Positions 50,136 through 58,770 of a stretch of DNA of 64,000 nt are shown piece after piece (positions within the stretch are counted from its first letter, which is position 1; each line of letters opens with the position of its first letter). The notes beneath the pieces were generated by a model. That model was given only the letters and a program-made list of their open reading frames with translations, searched no databases and was not told where the DNA came from. The DNA is taken from the NCBI GenBank assembly GCA_965223325.1, contig CBDCWI010000002.1:384001-448000 (forward strand). Reading direction: 5' to 3'. A program made the translations under genes and the position numbers. The stretch is from Candidatus Multivoradales bacterium (GTDB lineage Bacteria > Acidobacteriota > Thermoanaerobaculia > Multivoradales > Multivoraceae).

Positions 50136-51520
50136 GTGTAGCGCGCCCCTTGATACTTCTCGTCATAGAACGCCGGCAGCAATTGATCGACCCGCAAGAG
50201 GCCGCCCGGAGTCAACCGGATCTCGTCCTCGCCGAAGGTGAGCAGGCCTTCGGCTTCGAGCTCCTCCCATTGCGAGCGCCACTCGAGCACTACGTCTGAA
50301 GCAAACTTGTCCTGGAAGTAGCGGGGATCGATCACCCCGTACTTGAGCTGCAGAATGAGCTCCCGAGTCAATTGCTCACGCAGCGACATCTTGAAGGCGC
50401 GGCGCACCGCCATGCCACCCAGTGCCTGCTCCGTGCGGGTTTCGATGCGTTCGAGGTAGTCGCCGAAACGATCGGCGTTCTGGAAATGCACCCCGCTCAT
50501 GTGACCGAACGACGAGACCCCGGCGCCAATCATGTCGGCACCCCGCCAGAGCTTCTCGGTGTAGACGAAGCGACAGTCGCGATCTCGCCGCAGCAGCGTG
50601 TAAGCGCTCCACTTCTCGAAGCCCGCCTTCTCCAACTCCTCGATGGCATAGGCGTGCCAGGCGCGTTTGGTCGACCAATCGGCGAACTCGAGGCCTGAGT
50701 CTCCGCGCAGTTTGTCTTTGGAGTAGACCGTATTGAACGGCAGCTCCATCTGATAGATCGTCACGCTGTCGGGGTCCCAGTCGATCGTCTTCTGGACGGT
50801 CTCTTTCCAGGTTTCCCAACTCTCCCCCACCATTCCGGCGATCAAATCGATGTTGACCTGCGGGAAATCGAGCGCCTCGAGCCAGGGCTTGACCCGATCG
50901 ATCTCGCGCGTCAGGTGGGCGCGACCGTTCTCCTCGAGAATCCGGTCGTTGAAGTTCTCGATACCGACCGAAAGCCGGGTGACACCGATCTCGCGCAGTG
51001 CTTCGAGCTTCGACTGAGTCAGCGTACCCGGCTCGCACTCGAAGGCGATCTCTTCGGTACGGTTCCAGGGCAGCGCGGCCTTCAAACGCTCGACCAGGGG
51101 CAACAGCTGCTTCACCGCGATGTAGGACGGCGTTCCGCCGCCGAAGTAGACGTAGTTGAGTGGCCGGTCGCGCACCGCCGCGGTCTCGGCCCAACGCTCG
51201 ACCTCGGTGCCCAGGGCCTCGAGGTAACGCTGGATCTGCTCGGCGTTCTTGTCTGTGTAGACACGGAAGTAACAGAACTTGCAGCGCTTGCGACAGAAAG
51301 GAATGTGCAGGTAGAGACCAAGCGGCGTGTTCGGGCGCGGGGCGGAGGCGAAGGCCCGATGAGCCGCCTCGAGATCCTCTTCCTGATCACTCCACACCGA
51401 ATATGGCGGGTAGTTCGAAACGAAGACCGAACCGACTCCAGTCGCCTCGAGGTCGAGGTGCGCCGTGGCCGGCTCACTCCGCGTCGGTCGGGGCCCGGCG
51501 TTGTCAGGAGAAGTCGTCAT
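50132..51520 (-). CDS. HemN-like radical SAM enzyme
   Basis: YLHIPFCRKRCKFCYF, YFGGGTPS, RLSVGIE, NIDLIAG; ATGA overlap with the halogenase-like gene. Confidence 0.88.
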   Translation of the reverse strand: MTTSPDNAGPRPTRSEPATAHLDLEATGVGSVFVSNYPPYSVWSDQEEDLEAAHRAFASAPRPNTPLGLYLHIPFCRKRCKFCYFRVYTDKNAEQIQRYLEALGTEVERWAETAAVRDRPLNYVYFGGGTPSYIAVKQLLPLVERLKAALPWNRTEEIAFECEPGTLTQSKLEALREIGVTRLSVGIENFNDRILEENGRAHLTREIDRVKPWLEALDFPQVNIDLIAGMVGESWETWKETVQKTIDWDPDSVTIYQMELPFNTVYSKDKLRGDSGLEFADWSTKRAWHAYAIEELEKAGFEKWSAYTLLRRDRDCRFVYTEKLWRGADMIGAGVSSFGHMSGVHFQNADRFGDYLERIETRTEQALGGMAVRRAFKMSLREQLTRELILQLKYGVIDPRYFQDKFASDVVLEWRSQWEELEAEGLLTFGEDEIRLTPGGLLRVDQLLPAFYDEKYQGARYT

Positions 51521-51636
51521 GTTGAGGGCCTCAGGAGTTTAAACAGCGCCAGAGCGCCACCGGAGCCGGCACCTACGTACGGTCGGCCAGCTGCCTCCCC
51601 GATCTTATGCGCACCCTGTCCGAGCTGCAGGTAGAC

Positions 51637-52884
51637 CTACTCGAAGCAGTAGACGACTCCGTCCAGACTCGCGATCACCAGCTTCTTCGCCGCCACTGCC
51701 GGGCTCGAGACAATCGCTGAACCGGTCTCGAACTTCCAGACTGGCTCGCCGGTTGCGGCGTCGAGGGCGAACACCTCGCCGGTCTTGCTGCCGGCAAAGA
51801 TCCGGTCGCCCACCACGACCGGCGACGAGTCGATGCGGGCGCCGCTGTTCCAGGTCCACCGTGCCTTGCCGGTCTCACGGTCCAGGAGGTGAATCATCTT
51901 GTCGCGGCCACCGATCACCGCGTACTCCTCCGTCACCGCCGCCGAGGCGTAGTACGGGAACTTGCGCTCGGGATGCTCATAGCGCCACAGAACGCGGTGC
52001 TTGTCGAGATCGACTGCCAGGACTTCGTTTTCGTAGGTACCGACGTAGGCGACACCATCACGAATCGCCGGTGAGCTCGGCGCCTGTCCACCGAGATCGA
52101 CCTTGGCAATCGTCGAGCCATCGTCAATGTTGATCAACCAAAGGTAACCGTCGCACCCGGAGACCGTCGTCGTTCGGCCGACAATTGCCGGTACGGCGTG
52201 CACGTAGCCGTCTGTTTCGACCTTCCAGGCAAGGGAGCCGTCGTTGCGCTCGAGGCTGTAGAGCGAATTGTCGTAGGAACCGATCAAGAGACGATCGTCG
52301 TAGAAGGTCGCCGACGACAGAATCTCGGCCATGGTCTCGAAGGTCCACAGCTGGTTGCCGGTGGCCGCATCGACGGCATGGAGAAACCCATACTCGTCGC
52401 CGACATAGACCACTCCTTCGAAGATCGAAGGCGTCGCCTTGATGGGGTTTTGGGCGTTGTACTTCCACAGTTCGCGACCGTCGTCGAGCGACAGCGCCCA
52501 GAGGTAGCCGTCGTAGTCACCGATATAGACGACCCCGTCGTCGATGATCGCCGATCCCTCGATGTCCGCGGCGAGATCTTTGGTCCACTTGACCTTCAGG
52601 TCGAAGGCCAGCTCACTGGCGGCGACTCCCGACATCGACAGATCGCCTCGCACCAGTGGCCAGGAGTCGGGCGCGACGGCGCCGAGACGCTCGCTCGCCT
52701 TGTCGTTGGAAGCGGCGCCGGCACCCGCGAGGAGTCCCACAGTGAGCGCCAGGATGAGAGCCCGACGCAGGCTACGTGGCGCCTTGGAGTTCTGTAATTC
52801 AGTACCCGCCGGACGGACCGGCCATTTCCTCGTTCGCACTCTAATGCTCCAGTAGGGGCCCGCGATCGCTACCGTGATCGCCAT
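51637..52884 (-). CDS. Secreted PQQ-like (BamB/AfsK-type) beta-propeller protein; start uncertain
   Basis: Repeated [ST]P.V..G.VY.G..DG...A.D...G...W blades; signal-like segment. Confidence 0.88.
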   Translation of the reverse strand: MAITVAIAGPYWSIRVRTRKWPVRPAGTELQNSKAPRSLRRALILALTVGLLAGAGAASNDKASERLGAVAPDSWPLVRGDLSMSGVAASELAFDLKVKWTKDLAADIEGSAIIDDGVVYIGDYDGYLWALSLDDGRELWKYNAQNPIKATPSIFEGVVYVGDEYGFLHAVDAATGNQLWTFETMAEILSSATFYDDRLLIGSYDNSLYSLERNDGSLAWKVETDGYVHAVPAIVGRTTTVSGCDGYLWLINIDDGSTIAKVDLGGQAPSSPAIRDGVAYVGTYENEVLAVDLDKHRVLWRYEHPERKFPYYASAAVTEEYAVIGGRDKMIHLLDRETGKARWTWNSGARIDSSPVVVGDRIFAGSKTGEVFALDAATGEPVWKFETGSAIVSSPAVAAKKLVIASLDGVVYCFE

Positions 52885-52971
52885 GGCCAGAAGGGGATTG
52901 CAGATTGTACGTGAGCGACTGGGGTTGGAGATTTCAGCCGGATTTTCAGTCGAGATTGCAAACTCCAGGGC

Positions 52972-54138
52972 TCAGAGGCACTGGCGGTAGAGCTCGCGCA
53001 GCGCCTGGGCGTCGACCGGGCGCGGATTGAAGCTGCCGGTCCACTGCTCGGCCGCTGCCTGCGCCAGCTCCGGGAGTTCACTCTCCTCAAACCCAACTTC
53101 CTGCAGGCTGCCAGGTATTCCGGCGGCCGCGGCGAACGCTTCCATGCGTGCCGCCAGCTCAGCCGGGCCCGCAACCTGCTCGAGCTCGGCGTAGCGTTCG
53201 GCCACCACTTCGGTCTCACCGTTCCAACGGACGACCGCCGGAAGAACGATCGACACGGCGATGCCATGCGTCACGTCTCGCACCGCCGTTAGAGGGTTCG
53301 CCAGGGCGTGCGCCGCGCCGAGCATCGAAGCCTCGACGGCTGCACCCGAGAAATAGGCACCGACCTGCATCTCCTGCCAGTCCGCGGGAGCGGCGTCACC
53401 GGCCAAGACAGTCTCGAAGTGCCCCGAAAGCCGCTCCCAGGCGGCCCGCGACCACATGCGAGAGAACGGATTGGCGGGTTTGCTGACCAGGCTCTCGACG
53501 GCATGCGAGAGAGCGTCCAGGCCCGTCACTGCGATCACCTCACGCGGAGCAGTCCGCGCCAACAGCGGGTCGAGCAGCACGTGACCGAAGCGGGCCTTTT
53601 GATCGCCGCAGGCCATCTTGCGATGGTCGCGCGCTCGCGAGATCAAAGCGTATGACTGTGCCTCGCTACCGGTCCCTGCGGTCGACGGCACACCGATCGA
53701 CGGCAGCATGGGGAGACTCGCCTTGCCATAGCCGAGGTAGTCCTCCATTCGGCCGCCGTTGGTGAGCAGGAAGTTGATGCCCTTGGCGCAGTCCATCGAG
53801 CTCCCGCCACCGAGACCTACCAGGAGATCGGCCGAGGCCTTGCGCGCCGCCTCGACGCCCGCCGCAACGTGCTTCTCCGTCGGGTTCTCACGCACCCCGT
53901 CGAAGACGACCGCCGCGAGCCCGGCCGCTGCAAGCGACTGCAAGGCTCGTTCGACATGGCCGGCGCGCTCGATCCCCGGGTCAGTGACCACCAGGACCCG
54001 CGAGCCACCGAGCCTCTTGGCACACTCACCGAGCGTGTCGGCTACACCGGCACCACACGAGATGCGCGCCGCGCGCAGCTCGGCGGTCCAGACAGAGGGC
54101 CCCTCCGGGCCTCGGCTTTCCTCTCGCTCATCGACCAC
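52972..54138 (-). CDS. Iron-containing (group III) alcohol dehydrogenase
   Basis: GGGSSMDCAK, PSTAGTGSE, DALSHAVES, GAAHALAN, THG. Confidence 0.93.
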   Translation of the reverse strand: MVDEREESRGPEGPSVWTAELRAARISCGAGVADTLGECAKRLGGSRVLVVTDPGIERAGHVERALQSLAAAGLAAVVFDGVRENPTEKHVAAGVEAARKASADLLVGLGGGSSMDCAKGINFLLTNGGRMEDYLGYGKASLPMLPSIGVPSTAGTGSEAQSYALISRARDHRKMACGDQKARFGHVLLDPLLARTAPREVIAVTGLDALSHAVESLVSKPANPFSRMWSRAAWERLSGHFETVLAGDAAPADWQEMQVGAYFSGAAVEASMLGAAHALANPLTAVRDVTHGIAVSIVLPAVVRWNGETEVVAERYAELEQVAGPAELAARMEAFAAAAGIPGSLQEVGFEESELPELAQAAAEQWTGSFNPRPVDAQALRELYRQCL

Positions 54139-54214
54139 CGCTGGTTCTTACCACGGGTGACACCGCACCGCGAGTGAGGCGGGCCAAAGAATCTCGCCGA
54201 GGGACGAGCGCCCT

Positions 54215-54571
54215 TCAGCGGCGGATCAGGAGATCCTTGTTGGTTTTCCCGGCTGCCAGGGCATCCTTGTACCACTGCGGGCGTCGACCACGCCCCGACC
54301 ACGTCTGGGAGCGGTCGGCCGGATTGCAGAACTTGGGAGGAAGTTTTCCGCGGCGTGCACCCCTCTTCTTGAGGCGGGGCGGTCCGGTCTTTTCGATGCT
54401 GAAAAGCGACTCGACGGTCTCCCCGACGTTGGCAGCGATCTTGCGAATTTCGCGCTTTGCTGCGGTGCGTTCGGCGCGTTTTCGCCGCCCGAGCTCGCCT
54501 TTGAGTTGGTTGAGTCGGCGCTCTAGTTCCTTGGTACTGACTTCTTCCATGATGTTCTCTCGGACCAGCAT
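54215..54571 (-). CDS. H-NS-family nucleoid-associated protein
   Basis: N-terminal coiled coil, then PPKFCNPADRSQTWSGRGRRPQW (TW[ST]GxGRxP DNA-binding motif); ATG 54571 with GGAGG/GAGG upstream. Confidence 0.85.
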   Translation of the reverse strand: MLVRENIMEEVSTKELERRLNQLKGELGRRKRAERTAAKREIRKIAANVGETVESLFSIEKTGPPRLKKRGARRGKLPPKFCNPADRSQTWSGRGRRPQWYKDALAAGKTNKDLLIRR

Positions 54572-54912
54572 CGACCTCAGGCCTCCCCGATGCTGCTTCA
54601 TTGATGTTTGACTAGGTGAAGATGGAAGCTGATCGATCTCGGTCGCTGATGGTACCGCTCGGGTCGAGCGGGGTGCCGAACCGGGACCCGCGAAGGGCTC
54701 GAGCCTCAGAAGCCCAGGCTTGAAAAGCTCAGGTCTGAGCAATCCGCGGCCATTGGCGATCTGGGGCCCTTGCAATCAAGCGCTGGAGTGGAGCGCCTTT
54801 CCTTTTCAGAAGAACTGCACACTACCCAATTTTCGGCGCCAGCGGTATCGCACGAGCCGCATGGCGCCAGAATGGCCAGGAATGGCGAGCACAGGCTGCT
54901 AAGGTCCCGTGC

Positions 54913-57165
54913 GTGTCACGTCCCTCGAAGAATGGCGGTCAGACGACTACCGCGCCGCCAGTCCTGCAGGTCGCGCCGGGAAGAGAGGGAGGCCTGGGCA
55001 CTTTTGGGGGCGTGTTCACCCCCTCGATTCTGACGATCCTGGGCGTCATCATGTACCTGCGCTTCGGCTGGGTACTGGCCAATGTCGGCCTCGCCGGAAC
55101 TCTCTTGATCGTCACCCTGGCGACGACGATCACGTTCCTGACGGCGCTCTCGATCTCCGAGATCGCGACCGACCAGCGGGTGCGGGGCGGCGGCGCCTAC
55201 TACATGATCAGCCGCTCGCTCGGCGTAGAAACCGGCGGAGCGGTCGGCCTACCGCTCTACGTCGCACTGACCCTGTCGATCGCGCTCTACACGGTCGGCT
55301 TCGCCGAAGCCGTGGTCGAGGTCTTTCCGCAACTTGATGCCCGTTGGGTCGGTCTCATCACGACTGTGCTGGTCGCTGGGCTCGCTCTCACTTCGGCGCG
55401 AGCTGCGATTCGCGCACAGTACTTCATCATGGCGGCCATCGCGCTCTCGCTCCTGGCTCTCGTTTTCGGCCAGCACCTGCCGGGTGAACCGCTGGGGCTG
55501 AGCGCTGGCCCCGCCGAGAACGCGGCACCCTTCTGGGTTGTGTTCGCAGTCTTTTTCCCTGCCGTCACCGGCATCATGTCGGGTGTCAACATGTCGGGCG
55601 ACCTCAAAGACCCGGGGCGCTCGATTCCATTCGGCACCCTGGCCGCCGTCGGCGTGGGCTACCTCATCTACATGGGGCTTCCGATTCTTCTCGCGACGCG
55701 CGCCAGCCAGGAGGCCCTGCTCGAAGAGCCGCTGGTCATGCGGCAGATGGCCGCCTGGGGTCCGGCGATCGTGCTCGGCGTCTGGGGCGCCACCCTATCG
55801 AGCGCCGTTGGAAGCATGCTGGGAGCCCCGCGGGTGTTGCAGGCGCTGGCGCGCGACGGGGTTCTGCCGCGCGGCCTGGACTGGCTGGGGCGTGGCAGCG
55901 GAACCGAAGACGAGCCACGCAACGGCACCGTCCTGACGCTCGCGATCGCGCTCGGCGCTGTTGCGATTGGCGACCTCAACATGATTGCCCCGGTCTTGAC
56001 CATGTTCTTCCTGACCACCTACGGGGTGCTCAACGTGGTCGCCGGTGTCGAGAGGTTCCTCGGTAGCCCCTCGTTCAGGCCGCAGTTTCGCGTTCACTGG
56101 GGCCTATCGATTCTCGGCGCCATCGGCTGCGCCGGTGTCATGCTCTTGATCAACCCCTTAGCGACCGGAATCGCCGGCGTCGTCGTGCTGGCGATCTTCG
56201 TCTGGCTCGAGCGTCGCGAGATGACCACGGCCTGGGGTGACGTGAGGCGCGGCGTTTGGATGGCGATCACGCGCGCCGGCCTCCTACGGTTGCGCGATCC
56301 GGTCGACGCCAAGAACTGGCGGCCGCACATGCTCGTCTTGTCGGGTGCACCAACCAAACGCTGGCACTTGATCGAGCTCGCCCGCGACCTGGGACATGCC
56401 AAGGGCCTGATCACCGTCGCGACAGTTCTTCCTCAGAAGGCACTCGAAGCCGATCGCCAGATCGCCCTCGAGTCGACCATTCGCGACTACATCGAGAAAC
56501 GTGGTGTCACCGCCCTGGTGCGGGTGGTGCCCGGCGAGGATCCCTTCATCGGCGGCGAGATGCTGGCGCAGTACTACGGGTTGGGCTCGATCGTCCCCAA
56601 CACCGTCATTCTCGGTGGCAGCGCCGAAAGCGACCATCGCCAGCGCTACTGCGAGATGATCAGCCGCTTCCATCAGGCGCAACGCAACGTCGTCCTGGTC
56701 CACGGCGGCGACGGGGGGCTCGTTCGCGGCCGGCGCCGAATCGACGTCTGGTGGGGTGGTCTGCAGAGAAACGGCGGCTTGATGACCGTGCTCGCGTACC
56801 TACTCCAGACCAGCCGCCCCTGGCGCAACGCCGAAGTCCATCTCAAGATGGTCGTCCAGGACGAACGAGCCGCCGACGGCTGTCGCAGCAATCTTGCCAC
56901 CCTGGTCGCCCGTGCCCGCACCGGCGCCCAGATCCAGGTGATCGTCGCCGAGGGGCGTCCCTTCGGTGACATCCTGCGCGAGGAGTCGGCCGGCGCCGAC
57001 GTCGTTTTTCTCGGTCTCGCCAAACCCGACCCCGACGACATGGCCGCCTTCACCGAGTACTACGCGCAGCTCATCGGGCGCATCGCTCCCCTGCCGACCA
57101 CCCTCATGGTGCTCGCGGCTGAAGACCTGGCCTTCGGCGAGGTCCTCCTCGAGCAGGACTTCTAG
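54913..57165 (+). CDS. SLC12-type cation-chloride cotransporter homolog (APC fold + cytoplasmic C-terminal domain)
   Basis: LGTFGGVFTP, GVIMYLRFGW, GGGAYYMISRSLG, FFPAVTGIMSG, APRVLQALARD, FRPQF, KNWRP, IDVWW. Confidence 0.9.
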   Translation: MSRPSKNGGQTTTAPPVLQVAPGREGGLGTFGGVFTPSILTILGVIMYLRFGWVLANVGLAGTLLIVTLATTITFLTALSISEIATDQRVRGGGAYYMISRSLGVETGGAVGLPLYVALTLSIALYTVGFAEAVVEVFPQLDARWVGLITTVLVAGLALTSARAAIRAQYFIMAAIALSLLALVFGQHLPGEPLGLSAGPAENAAPFWVVFAVFFPAVTGIMSGVNMSGDLKDPGRSIPFGTLAAVGVGYLIYMGLPILLATRASQEALLEEPLVMRQMAAWGPAIVLGVWGATLSSAVGSMLGAPRVLQALARDGVLPRGLDWLGRGSGTEDEPRNGTVLTLAIALGAVAIGDLNMIAPVLTMFFLTTYGVLNVVAGVERFLGSPSFRPQFRVHWGLSILGAIGCAGVMLLINPLATGIAGVVVLAIFVWLERREMTTAWGDVRRGVWMAITRAGLLRLRDPVDAKNWRPHMLVLSGAPTKRWHLIELARDLGHAKGLITVATVLPQKALEADRQIALESTIRDYIEKRGVTALVRVVPGEDPFIGGEMLAQYYGLGSIVPNTVILGGSAESDHRQRYCEMISRFHQAQRNVVLVHGGDGGLVRGRRRIDVWWGGLQRNGGLMTVLAYLLQTSRPWRNAEVHLKMVVQDERAADGCRSNLATLVARARTGAQIQVIVAEGRPFGDILREESAGADVVFLGLAKPDPDDMAAFTEYYAQLIGRIAPLPTTLMVLAAEDLAFGEVLLEQDF

Positions 57166-57202
57166 TCGGATCGCGGTTGTTCGTTGGGGTCCGGGCCTCG
57201 GC

Positions 57203-58702
57203 CTACTGGCTACCGGCACCCTCTTCGATTGCGAACAGCGAAGCACGCGTCGCGATGTACATCACACCGCCTTCGGCCACCGGTGTGGTGTAGATGGCAC
57301 GTCCCATGTTCTGCTCTGCCAGGACCTTTTCTTCCTTGCCGGTGGCGAGAACCACGATGTCGCCGTCCTCGTCGCCGAGATAGATCTTGCCGTCGGCAAC
57401 GAAAGGTGAGCCCCAGACCGCCGCGAAGGTGTCGTGCACCCAGAGTTCCTTGCCGGTTTCGGCATCGAGTGCGTAGAGGAATCCTGAGAGATCGGTGATG
57501 TAGACGACTCCGTCATGGATGGCGGCAGTCGAGATCGTCCGGTTGAAGGCGTCACCACCGACATGGAAAACGGCCGCCGTGTCGGTCACGTCTCCCTCCT
57601 GGGTCGCATCAAGAGCGTAGAAATGGCCTTCGCCCTCACCGTGCTCGGGATCCTGGCCGACACCAACGTAGAAGCGGTTCTTGTAGAACACCGGTGTCGA
57701 GATGACGTTGTTGCGAGTTCCAGCACCGCCAAGCTCCCACACCGAGTCTTTGGGGTTCATATCGAACTTCCACAGCAACTTGCCGGTGAGCGGCGCGTAG
57801 ACGTACAGCCACCCGTCGCCACCCGGGAAGGCAACCTGGCCAACTCCGTTGACGTCACCGTAGGCGGCGTTCGACCAGGTACCGTGGAGGATGTTGTCGC
57901 CCGGGTCGGCCGACTCCCACACCAGCTTGCCGGTGTTCTTGTTGATCGCCACGAAGCTCGGGCCCGCCGGTGACGGAATGTTGACGTGGCCCTCGTCGAC
58001 ACCGTTGCCTGTGGTCACGTAGAGAATGTCGCCGACCACGAGGGGCGAGCTGGCCGCGAGGTTGTGCGGAAAGACGTCGAGCTCGCCGATGAGATCGAAC
58101 GTCCACAGGATGTCAGCGTCGCGCTCGGTCTTGTACTGCTCGTCGGTGAACGGGCCGTCGTTCTCTCCGTCATGGAACCCATTGGTGTCGACGGCCACGA
58201 CTTCGGCGCGATTCGACAGGTACCAGGCGACTTCCCCTTCGATGTAGGGCGTCGAGCAGACCCCCTGTAACGGCCAATCGTTGACCCGCCCGGCGGGCAG
58301 CTTGTCGTGAGTGGCTTGCCAGAGCAATCTGCCGGTCTCAGCGTCGAACGCCAAGACGACACCTTTGTCACCTTCAATCCCTGAGATGAGGTTGCCCTCG
58401 TTGTTCGTGCCGACGTAGACCTTGCCGTCGTAGACCACCGGACCGGCGTAGGTCTGCGAGCCGAGCTTGGTTTCCCACTTGATGTTCTTGCCGCTTTCGA
58501 CGTCCCATTCGGTCGCCAGGCCGGTCTCGTCGGAGACCATGTTGCGACCGGGGCTACCGCCGAAGATGCCGTACTCCTTGTCCGGGTCCTCGGCGACAAG
58601 GCCGGGCACCCAGATGCTTGCCACCAACAGGAGAAGGCCAGCTACGGCCAACGCGAGACGCGCCGACCTACGAGTCGAAGAATGTGGTTGACGGTGGAGC
58701 AT
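57203..58702 (-). CDS. Secreted PQQ-like beta-propeller protein
   Basis: Signal peptide, WDVESGKNIKW, repeated blades, DWPLQGVCSTP. Confidence 0.88.
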   Translation of the reverse strand: MLHRQPHSSTRRSARLALAVAGLLLLVASIWVPGLVAEDPDKEYGIFGGSPGRNMVSDETGLATEWDVESGKNIKWETKLGSQTYAGPVVYDGKVYVGTNNEGNLISGIEGDKGVVLAFDAETGRLLWQATHDKLPAGRVNDWPLQGVCSTPYIEGEVAWYLSNRAEVVAVDTNGFHDGENDGPFTDEQYKTERDADILWTFDLIGELDVFPHNLAASSPLVVGDILYVTTGNGVDEGHVNIPSPAGPSFVAINKNTGKLVWESADPGDNILHGTWSNAAYGDVNGVGQVAFPGGDGWLYVYAPLTGKLLWKFDMNPKDSVWELGGAGTRNNVISTPVFYKNRFYVGVGQDPEHGEGEGHFYALDATQEGDVTDTAAVFHVGGDAFNRTISTAAIHDGVVYITDLSGFLYALDAETGKELWVHDTFAAVWGSPFVADGKIYLGDEDGDIVVLATGKEEKVLAEQNMGRAIYTTPVAEGGVMYIATRASLFAIEEGAGSQ

Positions 58703-58770
58703 GGGGAGTTCCTTGTTGTCTCTTGGGTTGAAGCGAAGAACCGGTTCGTTGGTGGCCAGTTCGGGGTCAC

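Noticed and set aside
50132-51520. Bona fide coproporphyrinogen dehydrogenase HemN
   Set aside because: Lacks the N-terminal RYTSYP motif and has no heme-pathway context, so no gene symbol was given
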